64,000 nucleotides of DNA from Phoronis australis (lineage: Eukaryota; Animalia; Phoronida), in NCBI GenBank assembly GCA_002633005.1, contig NMRA01000279.1:464422-528421 (forward strand). Direction: 5' to 3'. Made by a program: the position numbers and the translations under genes. A model generated the notes under the pieces. The model made no database searches and had not been told where the DNA came from. It saw only the letters and a list, made by a program, of their open reading frames with translations. This document shows positions 29,401 to 44,400 of this stretch, piece after piece (within the stretch, counting starts at the first letter, position 1; every line of letters starts with the position of its first letter).

Positions 29401-32400
29401 AGTGGCGATGAAGGCACAAACCTCATGCCAATAGGTGGTGACCTCGAAGAATGTCCCACAAATCTGCTCCAATGAGCATACATTCGTCAACCGTAAAAAA
29501 ATTTAAAAATGCCGTTATTCCGCCCTACAACATGAGCATGCTATTGAGACATTTCGTACGCAGAACAACGAAAAGTAGCATCAAGTATGGGACAGTTATC
29601 GGTTATGGAACATGTAATTAGTCTATCGTTGATTTTGCTGCATTCCTCAGTGGCTCCAAGACATCGCTACATTACTCTTTCCATTTTAAAGAGCGTTTTT
29701 CAGACATGCGTTTTCAGTCAATATGCACTGTGACAAATTTCAACATTACATCTGCATTCTAACGTTACTTACACTCTTCAACGATAAAAAATAGTATTTC
29801 AACAAAGGCGCGACTTCCAACTTCACTTGCTAATAACCAGCAAGGATTATTTCACACCTACGGCACCCTAAATTTTTCTCAACCTAAGAGTCATGTACAA
29901 AGTCATGAAACGTAGATACAGTATAACTTCTAAAGTATACGAGCGCCACATTACGGCGGAGATGACGGCGGTTTAGTTATAGTAAAAGTCGTCTTAAAAC
30001 CACTCTGTAGTGTTGCTACCTTTGGTATCCGAAGTTAGCTCAACATGGATGGCGTCAGAATCAGTTTCTCTGGCCGCAAATGCCACAAACGCCGTGGCTC
30101 TGGTGTCACCAACTCTTCCTGTACGGCCTTGCAGTTGAAAGTTACTTCCGCCCTTCTCAAGGATTAGGTCGTACTGGCCAAGTCCGTTAAACGTGTAGCA
30201 CTGTTTGTCCAGTGTGCATACATGAGGTTCACCGCGACCGAAACCTGGCAAACGGGTGATACAATGGTGCTCAGTAATTATTGCTTCCAACAACGATTGC
30301 ACAATACACATCTCATTAAGAATAACATTAATGCCAAGTCTTTCCAGAATGCCCTTGCACTAAGGAAACAACCCAACGAGCTGGAACGACATTGGCGGCG
30401 TTTTTACAGTTAGAGAGTTGAGGGACACCGCCCAATCATCCAGAATGAAACCGAGCTATCAAATCAGAGAACGTAATCCTAAATTTTCCAAAACAAAAAA
30501 TCACAATATGAGGAGGGGGGGGGGGGCGGTGTCTCTCCGCCAATACACATAGTAAACCGAAGGTGTTTTTTATTTTCAGTCATGCAGGTGAAATGCAACG
30601 GGGAATAACTTGGGAAATATAGCTGTGACAAGCTCGAAAATACGCAATCAGCAGATAGCACGCCCGCGTGAATGTGTAAACATCGTCGCACATGTCAAAA
30701 GCGGGACATCTTAATGTTTGTGGAAGCAGGACGAAGCTTCAAAAAGCAGGACTGTCACGACAAAAACGGAACAGTTGGCAACGTTGTTGATGGGGAGGAT
30801 CATGTATATCCCATAGTGTTCCAACCGTAACAAGTTCAAGCTGCCGCTGCTGCTAAATCCACCTTTGCGCTTCACAAAACAACGTTGGATTCAGATCACT
30901 TCCCGCTACAAAATGGTGGCAGCTTCTTCAATATGCACACTCGGCTGAAGAATGATTTCTGAGTTATGGAAGATTTGAAAATTCAATGCTACTTGAGACC
31001 GCTCTATCGGTGCATAACATGACTCGACTTTATCGATCCGGCAATAGGAACTATCAGTTCTTTCCTAGATTGCGAATCGTCTGAGACCAGCGCCCGCAGT
31101 CTTAATCTTAGTACTCGACATCGGATTCGAAACAAATTTTTACACTTTGCGTGATACTCTATTAAGAATTCAAATAAGTGCCTATTATTTCGTGCTCACA
31201 TGGATGACTATCTAATGCTAATTTGCATTTATGACTCCAGCATTATAGCTTGGGTATGTGTCTGTTAAATCAGGAAGCAAAATGTACAAACTAATTTTGA
31301 GTTCAATTTTTTGTTATGGAAGCTCTGTTTCTTGCTACAGGATTCAACACGATTGCAACACAAGTTGGAAGGTTTGCTTGACATGAACATATGTGTTCAG
31401 CCATGTCATGGACCGAAGGTCCCGTACCCAAACCTTTCTACTCTTCATTACAAATGCATTCTTTCTCTTGGCGCAATTATGGTGCAGATTCCTAGGACTT
31501 TATACAATTTTTTCACTCTAGACACTTATTGAAAATCATTTGATCGCTCCGTGCTTAGGCAAATTACAAAATGAAGTCGGGTCAGCAACACGACGGCCGA
31601 AAAACATAGCATTATCTGTAGTTACCAAATATCGGCAGCAGGAACCTAGAACCATCCATAATGGGTCGCCTCTCATGGAACAGCTCACACGTATCTACAT
31701 CTTTGTTTCCGCAGCACCATTTGAACGGTTGTAAGTCATCCTGTTTGTATTTCTTCTTAGTCCTCCCCTTGTACTTATGATATCTTGATGCGAAACCGGC
31801 ATTGGGAGAGCTCGTCACTAAGGCACCGAACTCGTCATAGCAACACGACTGGAAAAAAGGCAGACGAGATGCTTCCTCTAAGAACGGTTAAATACCAATA
31901 TTACTATACGAAGATCAAAATGCCGAACATTCATTAGGCTAAAACGAAATAACCTACGATTTAAAGTGTTCCCTTCAGACATTCGTTTTTTACACCAGGC
32001 CGTGTTGAAGATAAAATTATCACTGTCATATACTCACATATCCTAATGCAGACCCAGCCCTCAAACGGAACTTGTAGTAGTAACAGAAACTTGTTCTCAC
32101 GTCTTCATCGGAAATTGAACGAAATTGTCTAGAGCTGATGAATCGTTCATCAGGCGGACAATCTTGAAACGAAGGGAGTTGAATCGTCTCGGCCGTTGCA
32201 GCCCAAGTCAGACACTTGCTCCGATCATTGTTGGAGTCTTCTGATGTATCGTCTAGGCGATGGACCCACTTACCATCAAGAACTAAGAAGAAATGGACAA
32301 ACCGTAAATACTTGACCGCTAAATACTCGGGTCACAGGAGAAACACTTACCCTCATGACAGACTAATCTGTATGTAACCAACCACAATGCAATGTAAGTA

Positions 32401-35400
32401 AAACCAAAAGTTCTTACGATTTTTAAAGAAAACATAAAATGGTGCGTTATGAAATCCATCACAAACTGATCTCCGATCCATTGCACTGAACTCTAAGGAG
32501 TTCAATAACTGAAAACACAGAACAGTTTTTCTAATACAATGCGACACTAGTTTCACTTAGAATATATTAGAGACACTTCTTAAGCGGTTACACGTCATTA
32601 CACCAAAGGCTCACTATTACGAGGCGGAGGGTTCACTGCTCCTAAAGTTCACTTCTCCTGAAGTTCACTACTCTGAATGTTTACTAGTCCAAATGTCCAC
32701 TACTGCGCAGGTTTACTTCTCTGAATGTCTACCAATGAGACTGCACTGATATACATAATAGCATTTGAGTTCATTTAATTATGAGTGGCAGAGACATGGT
32801 TACGAATTGCCAAACGGTTCATAATAAACAAGAATCTTTATGCATGTTGCAATGTGCTTAATAAACGCGTAGTTTTACTTAATCAACGCGTATTTTTGGT
32901 TATCAACGCGTTGAATTTCTTCTCAAACGATCATCGTTATGCTCTTATTCAACGCGCACTTTTGCTTAATCAACTCGTACTTTTTTATCAGTTCATACGT
33001 GTAACCCAATCACGCCCTTACTCTTAAGTCTCAAAATAGCAAAAGACTTTCTACGTGGGTGCAAGGCAACCTTTGAAAAATGTTGTAGATTCTTATGTAG
33101 TGACCACGGAAAGGATGGCGCCGTTATATACTGACAGTATTACTAAACTTGTCTTTGATTGGACATAACGAATAACTAATTCAGCGCGTTGATTAAGTAA
33201 AACTAGGCGTTGATATGCATGAATTAAGCAAAACTACGCTTTGATTAAGCACATTTAAATGCGCAGAAATATACTCGTTTAGAGCCATTTGGCGCTTCAT
33301 ACAAGTCAGTCTATCACGCGGAGTTTCGATTCAGCCATGGGTTTGGTTCCGGTTCGGTGGGTGAGATTAGTGCACAGCGGATGAATTTCTCGGTCGTGCT
33401 GTGAAATGATGCGTTCAGGATATGGATTTGTTGAATGTACCGTGATTTATTAATCATTAATATTCCTAATTCACAGGCCTTAACTTTCATAAAAATGCAA
33501 GCACGAATTCATTTTTCTACATCAAAAATAACACCTTGAAGCACTATTTCGCATGCGCAGGAGGTCCAAACAAAGTGATTTAGTTAGTACACGGCTGTTA
33601 CTTCGGTAGGTACTCCACTGTGTATAATAACCAAAATATCATGAAGTAATTGCACCCGATACCGAAATGTTATATTTTTTCTCTGCAGTATACCCCCGAT
33701 GTAATTAATCCTTGGAGCTCCGGTCTGTTCACGTTAAAGCTACGTGTTGCGTTTACACAAAAAAACATTCACTAGTACATGTTTTGGACTAGTTGATCCG
33801 GTTCTATAACTGGGCAATAGACACGGTGGTCCAAAAGTATACGTAGCATATACATGTATTTCATCCTAAACATTTCTCGCGAAAATGCACTATTTCTCAC
33901 AAACATTTTTAAGTCTGGTCTTCACGACACCTGCTGACCACATCACTGTGACCTATACTTCTACGCCGGTTCAAGATTTAAATATTCACATGTATCACTG
34001 TTAGTACATGTAAATATGAGAACGTTAACACATTTTCTCACCTGCACCGCTGCTGGTCTTAAAGTTGCCTGGTATTTCGTTGATGAAGTACATGAAGTAC
34101 GTGCCAGAATACGAGGGTGCTTCAACCGTTTCTCCTGACCGGAAGTCCTTGTATCCGGCATACACACTTCCCCGTCCAAAGTAACGAATTATTTCGTCAT
34201 AGTTGTATAGTACGAACGACATGAGACCGTTCGTCACCAAAACAGCCTGGTAAGTGTATCTCTGAAAAAATCAACACGCACATGAATCGCGGGTACCAAA
34301 GCGCCTAAAATTAATTTGATGGCGAAGAAAAAAGTCCTTATGAGAAGCTTATTTATGCGGTACCAATCAGCTATTGCAAACAACGTCAACATTTCGCACT
34401 TGCACCATTGTTCTACTGCAAAACATCATTCATTGAGTCGACTTAATGATCGTGATTAGACAGGGGCGACTGCCAAATAGCCGCTAAAATCAAAAGCGAA
34501 TGAATGTAAAATATGTAATGCAGACGGTGGAATTATAAATAATAAAATGATTTATTTACAGCACCAGCATTACCTTTAATGTAAAGTAGTCAGAAAGCAC
34601 TTTTTATCGAGTTTCAGCGTGAGTTATCAACACTTTCACAAATACAATTGACCTTATTCCAATTGTAAAACAGTTCAGATAAATCTAATGCAATGATTTA
34701 AAAACACGGAAAGAGGGAAGAAAAATGGTGCGTAAAATCGCAGCTGAATTTCATATGATTCTGTTCGGACCATTATACTAGACGTTACATTTTGACAGCT
34801 GAAGCCGACCCCTCGAAACGTTTGAAGATTGTTTAAATGATATGCTGCAAATGAAAATAGGCACAGCAAAATGGCTGAACAACATTACAGAGTCTGAGGC
34901 CTTCTCTGAAAATGTACGTAGTCTACACGGTGAGCAACAGCGAAATTCTAACTTTAGCACTGCAATTCTAAAATGTTTTTGTTAGCACTTTTGGGACACC
35001 TACAGGCGTGGTCGCGTAAAACCATAGATGAAAAGCAGTTAACCGAGTGCAGTGTTCAAGTTCTAAAAGTTGTTACCTGGCATAATATTCTGCATGGACG
35101 TTCCTTCATGTTCCTCCAGGTTACAATCAAGACCCAGTTGGCATTGAAATCTGTCAAGTCGAAGTTACTTCTCACGTCCCTAGTAGCGTTGGCCAAAATG
35201 TCTTTGTCGTATTCCGAGTTTCTCGAAGATCGGACAATTTCCAGGTAGGACATGGAGGCTAATTGATCAACTCTTTGCCTACGCCAGAATGGAGCCAAAA
35301 ACGTTTTACGCAAACTTTTAAAAGATCTCGGAAATCCACCACTGATGCGGTTGCTCATACCGATCACGCCGTCCCGTTTCACCTATTAAGAAAGTCAAAA

Positions 35401-38400
35401 GAAAACCTCTGAGAGATTCAGCATAGGCCTTACGAACAAAAATCGCAACAGGAGTTCATAAAAATCTACATTTCTGTTCTTTGAAGACTACTCCTCTCAC
35501 TAGGATTGCTACACTATCTGTACACTGTACAGTCAGTTATCTAGGATTATAGACACCAACCGTATATGTCACCACATCCTCCCCTCACCATGCCCAATGC
35601 CCAAGAGCACGAAAAGAACTTCACGCAAACAATTTAGCCCCTGGCAGTACAAAAAAGACATCGAAGTCCAATAAGCACGCCAGGAAAGCTCACGAGTGAG
35701 CAGTCACGCTCGTATGCAAATTTTGTTTATGTAGCATCAGTGTTGTCCATTTACATTATGAATCGACGGAAATTTGATGACGGCGGCTCACTCTTATTGA
35801 TTATGTTAAACTTCGTCCTATTAGTCAAGGGATGTGCAGTTCACCCCATTACGCAACAGATTTTCAAGAGTATCGCTAAAACTGCATTTCGCCATGTTTA
35901 GAAGCTTAAAGCGAACATCGAATCAAGTATCTTACTCTAATGGTATTGTACTTATGATCTCCCTTACTTCGATACGATTATATTTCTCTAACGAACACAA
36001 GTCACGGAAAAAAACGCACATCATGGGGGGCGCACCATAGGGGGCTTGCTATAGCCCCCACTTTTTTCAATGCTGCGCCGCCCATGGTCTATGAGCACTG
36101 CACCACAGGGGGCTGGGGGGCTCTAGCCCCACCTTTTTCAGTGCTGCGCCGCCAATGCACATACACCATTTTCTTGGCCAACTTTGCAAACACTGGCATT
36201 TTCTTGAGTCGTAGATGATTCACATGTTCTCGTTGATGGCGGAAATACAATCCTGTCATGGTAACAAACATCATGATACTGGCGTGCGTTCAGTAGACGC
36301 TAGGACCTACGCTACTACCTATGCTAGGACCTAGCTAAAACCTAGTCAAAGTCACGTGTTCTCACAAAAATATACTGCAATATCTCACGTAATCTCGCGA
36401 AGTCTTGCTTTTTAGCGAGGTCCTAGCGTTAGTGAACGGGAGGCTGGTTTTATAGGAGTAAAACGCCAAATTCAGTTTTCGTGGTGACTTCAATGGAAAT
36501 AAACGGATGTAATTTCATCTTAGTAGTTCGCTAACATAACTCGGGGAAATTTTAGGGGTGCACTCTGCCCCTTGGCCACCCTATATCCGCCACTGGAACC
36601 AATGGGAATTTCTTTAACAATGGAATGGAACTTGCGTGACCACTGTCAGACACTTCATGAGTTGTTTAATCATTACCTGAATGTCAAAGTGAGACGTGCC
36701 AAACATATTGAAACCTCCGACGTACGACAAGTCGGGAAGAGTAAGCCATTTCGAGCGACTGAAGATGTTTTCCTCCCTGGTGTCCACACCATAGAGGTTT
36801 CCTCGCGGACCAACAACTGAAACGAAAAAGTCTCATTTACGGAATGACCTAGCACTTGGGGGTGTATTCGGAACCTAAACGACTACTCTTTTCAGACAAA
36901 ATGCTAGACTTAGTCAATAAATCACAGCTACATTTCTGAACAAAAAGAACGTAAATGTAAAGTTATCTATAATACTAAAATGTTTTACTGCAGTCCGACT
37001 ATTACCCTACTGGTTACATATTTGCTATATGTGCGTACATTGTTCACAGTTTTTTCCCGCAAATCCTCGAAGGCAGTCACATTTGTAGGATGGCACGAGA
37101 TCAACACATTCGCCGCCGTTCAGGCAAAGTGGAGTTTCCGATACACAATCGTCTATGTCTGCAAACAGAAAAAATAAAATGTAGCTCAGCAGATTCTTTC
37201 AATTTAAAGACATGGCAACGATTTATTTTGGCAAACTGGATCCAAGAAGTAGACTGAAGTTCTAAGGATTTCATATTGCTTTACAGTCAACATCCGCGCA
37301 GCCATGATCTGTACGAACGACCACGGTGCTTAACTGAGTACTCTGATAACAGCACGCGTCGAGTGCAGTTTACAATTTTGGGCGATACGATCCAACATTT
37401 CGATTCACCACTAAACATAAGCTATATTAGGCCTTGATGTAAGCCGTACTGTAGCGCAAAAAATATTGTGTCGTTTACAGGGAGATAAATTGCGCTGGTG
37501 TGTTCTAGTATCTACAGATAGAAAGCAACTGTTACAACATAGCGCCCATGAATGTTACATCTGTCCTGCGCAGCTGCCGAGATCTTAGCACCACCTAGTA
37601 CAAGATTTTGGACCTGCGAATGTTCCAAACAATACTACAATATTACATGATTGACGGATATTTAAAATTAAACAGGGTCAAATTTTAAGCTTATCAATTC
37701 ATACTTGAACACGTTAAGGGAATTCCAGTCCAATTTCCATCAGGGCCACAGGTACGAGTAATATTACCACCAGACTGTTCATATCCAAGGATACAAGAGT
37801 ACGTTGCAGTATCTTCGTACAGAGAACCCGTGAAGTTGACGTATGAAAATACGTTAAAATAAGGTGAGCCGCAGCTGATTCCTGCAAAAAAAAAATGAGC
37901 ACATGTCTATGAACGAATGTCGTTGCTTACAAGTCAGGGTTTACTCTCTTGAAGAAGCAAACTTGGTTGAAGGCACGAATGTACCGTTTGTTAGGCAGCT
38001 TAATATATACTCGCTCGACGTTTCTATCTTCAGGGGTGCAGTTATGAAGTAAAACACCAAGAGACATATCAGACAAACAAGTTGAAGCGTTTTGAAGAAC
38101 TGTGTTTGAAGCATAGTGACTGAAAGTATCATGTGAATCCGAGCAGCCATTCTGAGATACGGTGTTCCAAATCTGGTCAAAATTGGAATTTTTCTAGGGT
38201 CTTACATAAGTTTAAAACTTACTTGAGCACTCCAAAGGTCTTCCACTCCACTGTTTGTCGGCCTCACATATGCGTGTGGAGTTACCACCGGAAGGTTTGA
38301 ATCCGGCGTTGCACGAGTAGCTGGCAATGTCTTCAAACAGATTAGTGGACGACGCAACTGTTGAATCAGCATTGGAACTGGGGGGTGGGCACTGCACTCC

Positions 38401-41400
38401 TGTGGACAATTTGCATAGTTTACATAAGTGGGCACGAAGCATTGGATACATCTTAATTACGAGAACGCTTCAGACGCTCGAAAATACGTGTGTTATTTAT
38501 CACGACCCTTTCTGTCCGCTCGCACGTTGGGCAAGCAGTCATTATTCTGTAGTTATCATGTTCGACTACAGAACTTATGGATTCAAGCAATGGTGACAGT
38601 ACACAGCCCACATATCTGTTTGTTTGCATAAGATTTGTGTGTTCAACGAATTTGATGTGAAACCAAAAGAACTTATATACCAAAAGCAAGCCTTACTTCC
38701 GCATTCCAAAGCAGTCCCAGTCCATACCCCGTTTACGCCGCACACTCGCTCACTACTGCCGCCCGATCGCTCATACCCTGAACTACACACGTAGTTGACA
38801 GTGTCCTCGAACAGGTTTGTACTTGACGTGACCGTTGAGTTAGGTTTGACATCAGGGTTACCACAACTCACACCTGGAAAATAGGGAAACGGAGCCTGTA
38901 AAATTAAAATCTTTTTTGTTAGTTCTGGAAACTTTCGTCACGTGCGAGTTACGTCAAGGGGATGACATCTGTGGAAAAAAATTACTCACCATCGGCGTTG
39001 AATTTCTCAAATGCATTACGGGACTGTTATCGGATCGTCGGGCTATCTTCGTAGATGGATAGAATTAGCCAGTAAAGCTGATGTGATTGCTAGCTTAGCT
39101 TGTGATGCAAAGTCATAAGTACTGTTGCGTTTTCACGCATTCCTTTGGTCTGCGGCACGCAGGTCCGGCGTTTCATCTCCACTGAGTGTGATTGGAGGGC
39201 GAGTGTTTCAAGAGTCTTTCGTACAAGAGATTTGATTTGATTAATTTGTCATTCAGTTCATATTTTCATGTGGTTGTTATTTAGTAATACTCGCACTAAA
39301 AAGCATGTTGCAGCTGCTCACACCCAGCCTTTAGTATGGGAGGGGGGGTTCGAATTTCTGACGGTGTGGACCTTTTGCTGACAAAAGAAGCGGGAGGACG
39401 AAAAAAACGAAGCACCTCCTTTAGAACTGGGAACGTTGCGTCGGCGCCTTTTTAGTGGACTTTTGACTCGTTTTCTGGGACTTTTTGTTTCTCTGTGGCG
39501 AACCTGTTTGCCCATTTCGCCAAATGGGGGGCTCGTTCGAGCAACCCTAGGTGCGAGCATGTGCAGTAGATTCTTACATGCTTTCAGATTTCTCTGATAT
39601 CATCGGAAGTTTCGAGGCGACAACCGCCCTATAATACATTCCAAAATGACTGCAGTGTCCTAGATGAAATCCTTCGAATTGTTCACCATGACAAGCCACT
39701 TACGTTTGCACTTGATAGCGCTACCCGTCCACATTCCTTTAGCGTCACAGACACGTGTTGCGTTGCCACCTGACATAGTGAATCCGGCCACACATTGGTA
39801 CCTGGCAGTGTCATTGAATAAGTTGTTGGAGGATGAATAGGTGGAATTAGGTAGCACACTCGGCTCGCCGCAGCTGATACCTAGTAAGAAAAAAAGACAT
39901 AATTAAAAGAGAACTTACAAACCGGATGAAAACATCATATTTCTTGACATGTAGATTGAATTTTTTATTATAATCTAATGTTATGCAGTAAGTTAACCAG
40001 TTACTCGTACAAAAGTGTTTGTGGAAACCTCCTTTAATTGTCTCAGGTGATAACTGTAACACTCATTCTAAGCGTTACGACGAGCGAGAACGCAAGTCCA
40101 GCATTGCAAATTTGAAACTCAGAGGATTTGGCTACAAAATTTCCGTACGTGAGCACTGTAGCGCAGTCCCCGTCCACAACTTGTCAGCGCCGCACGAGCG
40201 CTTGTAGTTACCGCCTGACCGCACGTATCCAAGGTCACACGTGTAATTAGCAACGCCCTCGAATAAATTTGTGCTCGTTTTGTAGGTTGTATTCGCATAG
40301 ACCTCAGGGTCCTCGCAGCTTACTCCTGAAACATTGGTATACAACGACTGAATTATCACTCAAACTTGCACAGGGGATGACGTACTGTGGGGCACTCGAC
40401 GGAATCGAGTCACTAACCCGCCCGAACGTTTTAAGAGTTTAGTCAACTGTCAGGACATGAGTTTAAAACTTGATAATGGAGTTGGTGTATGATGCGCAGG
40501 AAGTGTTTAATTTTGTTTTATTTCCAATATAACTATGCTTTTACCTCGAGAGGAAATTTCAAGTAATTGTTTGACAAAACTCTTTCCACTGATTGTTGTT
40601 GAGTACCATACTGTGTTTGACACAAGGCAACCAACACGCTGTTTCGTCCTAGCTAGGCGCAGGGACATTTAAACTCTTGTACAGTGAGTACAGCTCTCCA
40701 AATATGTGCATATATGAATCTCCACTGACTACCGGAAGTAAAATACAACATGGCCGATAGACCTACACAAAAGTTAAGCTGACATGTTTGCACCTCATTA
40801 GTATACGTATGTAAGAGAGCAGCAGCCATAAGCGAGAAATTCCGCACAGAACCGAATTTTGGCGTTTTTAAAATGTTTATCACGCAATGTACAAAAATGG
40901 AGTTACTAGGCCAAGAAAACTCTAGGACTGAAGCATTACATTTGGGCAAAGAAAGCACCATATCTGGTCGTGGACAAAAAATACATTCTCTGTACTGAGC
41001 ATGTCAAAAAGTGTAGTCATCTGCAAGGACTCACAATGCAACATTTTGTTAAAACTAGTTGGGAAAACCAATCGCTCTCACCCGAGAATTTTACGCTTGA
41101 CAGGGCGGCACGAGGACACCACGGATGGCAACTAGATAATTATCTTCTTAGATTTGAAATATCAAATAGAATAATCAGCACTTTTTCACGTACTTGCGCA
41201 TACAATCGCCATTCCTGACCAGTCTCCCTTCTCGTCACAGATGCGCGTTACGTTACCACCTGACTGCTCAAAGCCAGGATCACACGAGTAACTTGCAGTG
41301 TCATTAGTATTGCCATACGTGAACTTTGAATTGGGACCAATGTCGGGTATTCCACACTTTATCTTTATACCTGAAAGAAGGAATCGTATTGTCATAATAA

Positions 41401-44400
41401 GAATCTGCAAGTGCTAGAATGTATTGGTGATCCGTTTTCACATCTAGTCTACCTCTTCAAACCTCTTTTGAACTTAGCACACACCTTGGCAGGTAAGTGG
41501 CGTCCCGGTCCACAAACCATCAGCACCACAGACACGAGTCACGTTACCATCAGTCCGTTGGTATCCTGAGACGCAATCATAGCTGGCGATGTCCTCATAC
41601 AAGTTCGTGCTTGATGTCACAGTGGTATTGGCATTTGTAGCAGGTACGCCGCAACTAACCCCTGAAATCATACACGTACGTTGAACTCTGAACATGTTGT
41701 CTATAAATGTCAAACATACGTACACTTGTACCATGCCGTAATATTCGATACGTATACGGAACGCGCATAGACTACGGAAGCGATTCGGATGTTTAGTGAT
41801 GAAGTGTCATGGCAGCAGATGACGCAATTGACCTATCGCCAGGATTTTGAGTGACGGCTTAAATGACCATTTAGAACTCCTCATTCTTAAGAATAGCGGC
41901 TTGGAAACGAAGGTGTGTCAATTGACACACCTTCGTTTCCAAGCCGCTATTTTACCTGACGAACAACAGGTTGCCGGGTAAAACTTATTGTTTGTTAGTC
42001 GACATTACGCAAGGGGGCAGCGCTAGCGATAGGTCAACTGGCATCCGGAAATAAGAATAGACATGGCGTCTCACTGCGTCCAAAACGTCATAATGACGTT
42101 ATGATAAACATTCCTATATAAATTTGGCTTACTTTTGCACTCCAGTGCAGTTCCAGTCCACTCTGCTTGCGCACCACAAGTACGTGTGTGGTTTCCACCT
42201 GAACGCTTGTATCCGAGATCACAAGCGTAATTGGCCCTATCCTCAAACAAGCTCAAGCCGTATGTGACTGTTGAATTTGCGTTGACATCTGGCTTAACGC
42301 AGCTTACTCCTTTAAAACAACATGGACAAATTTTTATTACACTGTACATGTAACAAACGTGAGCTTCCATAACGAGAAGCTAAAACTGTGTTGTCGTCTA
42401 TTCATTGTAACGGATTTAAACATAGCTAGCATGCATGACAAAATCAACTGTTCTTCTTGATGTCTGAAAATTTTGAAATCTGATATATTTTTGCATTTCC
42501 ATTACAATTGTGTTTGGTAACTGCGTAACTAGAATCCGATGCAACACTTGCTGTGCACAAAATCTTTCCTGAAGGCAAAAACACATCAGCAAGAAATGTT
42601 AACTTGACGAAGTAATGAGAATCAACAAAATGACGACGTTCTCGAAGAAACAAAAATCTGTTCCACGAACAAAGCGGTTAATACTTACTAGCACAAAACA
42701 AGGCCGTTCCGTTCCAAGCACCATCGGCACCACAAGTGCGCACGAAGTCACCGCCCCAATGTTCATAACCAATATCGCACGAATAGCTGGCCTTGTCTCC
42801 GAATTGTGTGCTAACTGAAGTTACTGTAGTGTTAGCGTTGACGTCGGGATTTCCACAGCTAACCTCTAAAACCGATGGCATTTACAACGATTGTGAAGTA
42901 TGTTGAGTGTAAACGTAGGGACTTGGGCTTACTGACTCAGCTAACTGACAGCCCGTTACGGCTACGACAAAATGCAAGACACGAAGTTCCAGTGTATATT
43001 TTAACACTGAATTCAGAAATTGTTGGCTTAGACCCCCACGGCTGTTATTACAAACATTGGAAAAATGATATTTTCCAACTTCCTCCCTTACTTGTTGGCA
43101 GTACTAGCTGCAGGAAGAGTTCATGCTCAACTGATGCTCATTTCAGCAACGTGTATTCAAGACGCAAAACCGACATCTGCTAATTTTTTGAGTCACACCG
43201 AAGGGAAATCCGTATCCAGTAGTTGCCACAACATCGGATTTCAATGAACTGACTTCAAGACAGAAATAGAGGAGATTGTTTTCACGGAAAAGGAATCAGC
43301 AACGCTTACGTATACATACTTGCTTTTACACAATAAGGTGTACAAAAGTTAGCTTAATATTAAGGCTTAGTATCCCTTTTCGCAAAAACTTGATACCAGT
43401 TTTTGGGAAGGAAATAGAGCAATTCCATTACCAAAAATTGAAGTCACAATAGTGTAATTATTTTCGTTTTTCTTGTGTGCCTGTTATCCAAGGTTGCCTG
43501 TTGATTCTATTCAGTGGCAGTGATATGGTCAAATTCGTGCTACACATAGACGACTTCTCGAATGCTTATGTGGGAATCTGATCAGAAGGACGAACTTGTT
43601 GCCATAAACCTGATCTCGTGTTTATATTTTACAAAACCTTGTAGGCGTGTTTTCCGTATTCAGTGATTGTCTCGTGCGCACAATCTAAACCAAATTTGAC
43701 AATATCAGCGTCAACGAAATACCCAATATACTATGTCTCAACGGACTTACTGTACTCGTTTCGTACAAATACAATTCTAAAAGCAAGCCATAAAGTATGT
43801 AGTTCCGCACAATAAGTCATCCATAAATACCGCTCTGTCAAGAACCGCAAATGCATATAACATTTCCACCAGTCAACACGGCCGTCCCGGAATACACGGC
43901 AATGGAAATCTCCTTTGTCCTGGAGATGAGAAAGCAGGTGACCTTGTTTTGGAAACCAGGCCCATTTTTGGAGCCTTTAATTGATATCGAGAAAGCGAAG
44001 AAATTCACATCACGCATCCGCGGGTATTTGTCCAGTTTATTAAACTTTCTCACGTTGGAGTTGCTGCCCACAGCATAGCAGTAATGTTTTATCAGCACAA
44101 GAAGGATGAATGGAGTAATTCAACCAAGAAAACAACTTGTATATGTAATTAGACAATAACAAATAACACGTGAAACTCCAATGACATGAAAACGAGGCAC
44201 CAAATGTGCCTGACAGACGGCATTGTAGGTAAATACAGCGAGATTCAAGTGTCGCTGTGTAATCCGGGACGGTCATATTCCTATTCATAGCCACAGGAAC
44301 AAGTTGCCAATGACTCAACGGGAAGTGCCTACATGTATATATTAGCGTGTTTTGCTGTCAGAAATGTAAAGCCGCATTTTGTCCAAAATTGAAATTCACA

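Noticed and set aside
32600-32730. Degenerate ~18-bp tandem repeat (GTTCACTACT core)
   Set aside because: Short, decayed and probably a repeat-element remnant; no function supportable.
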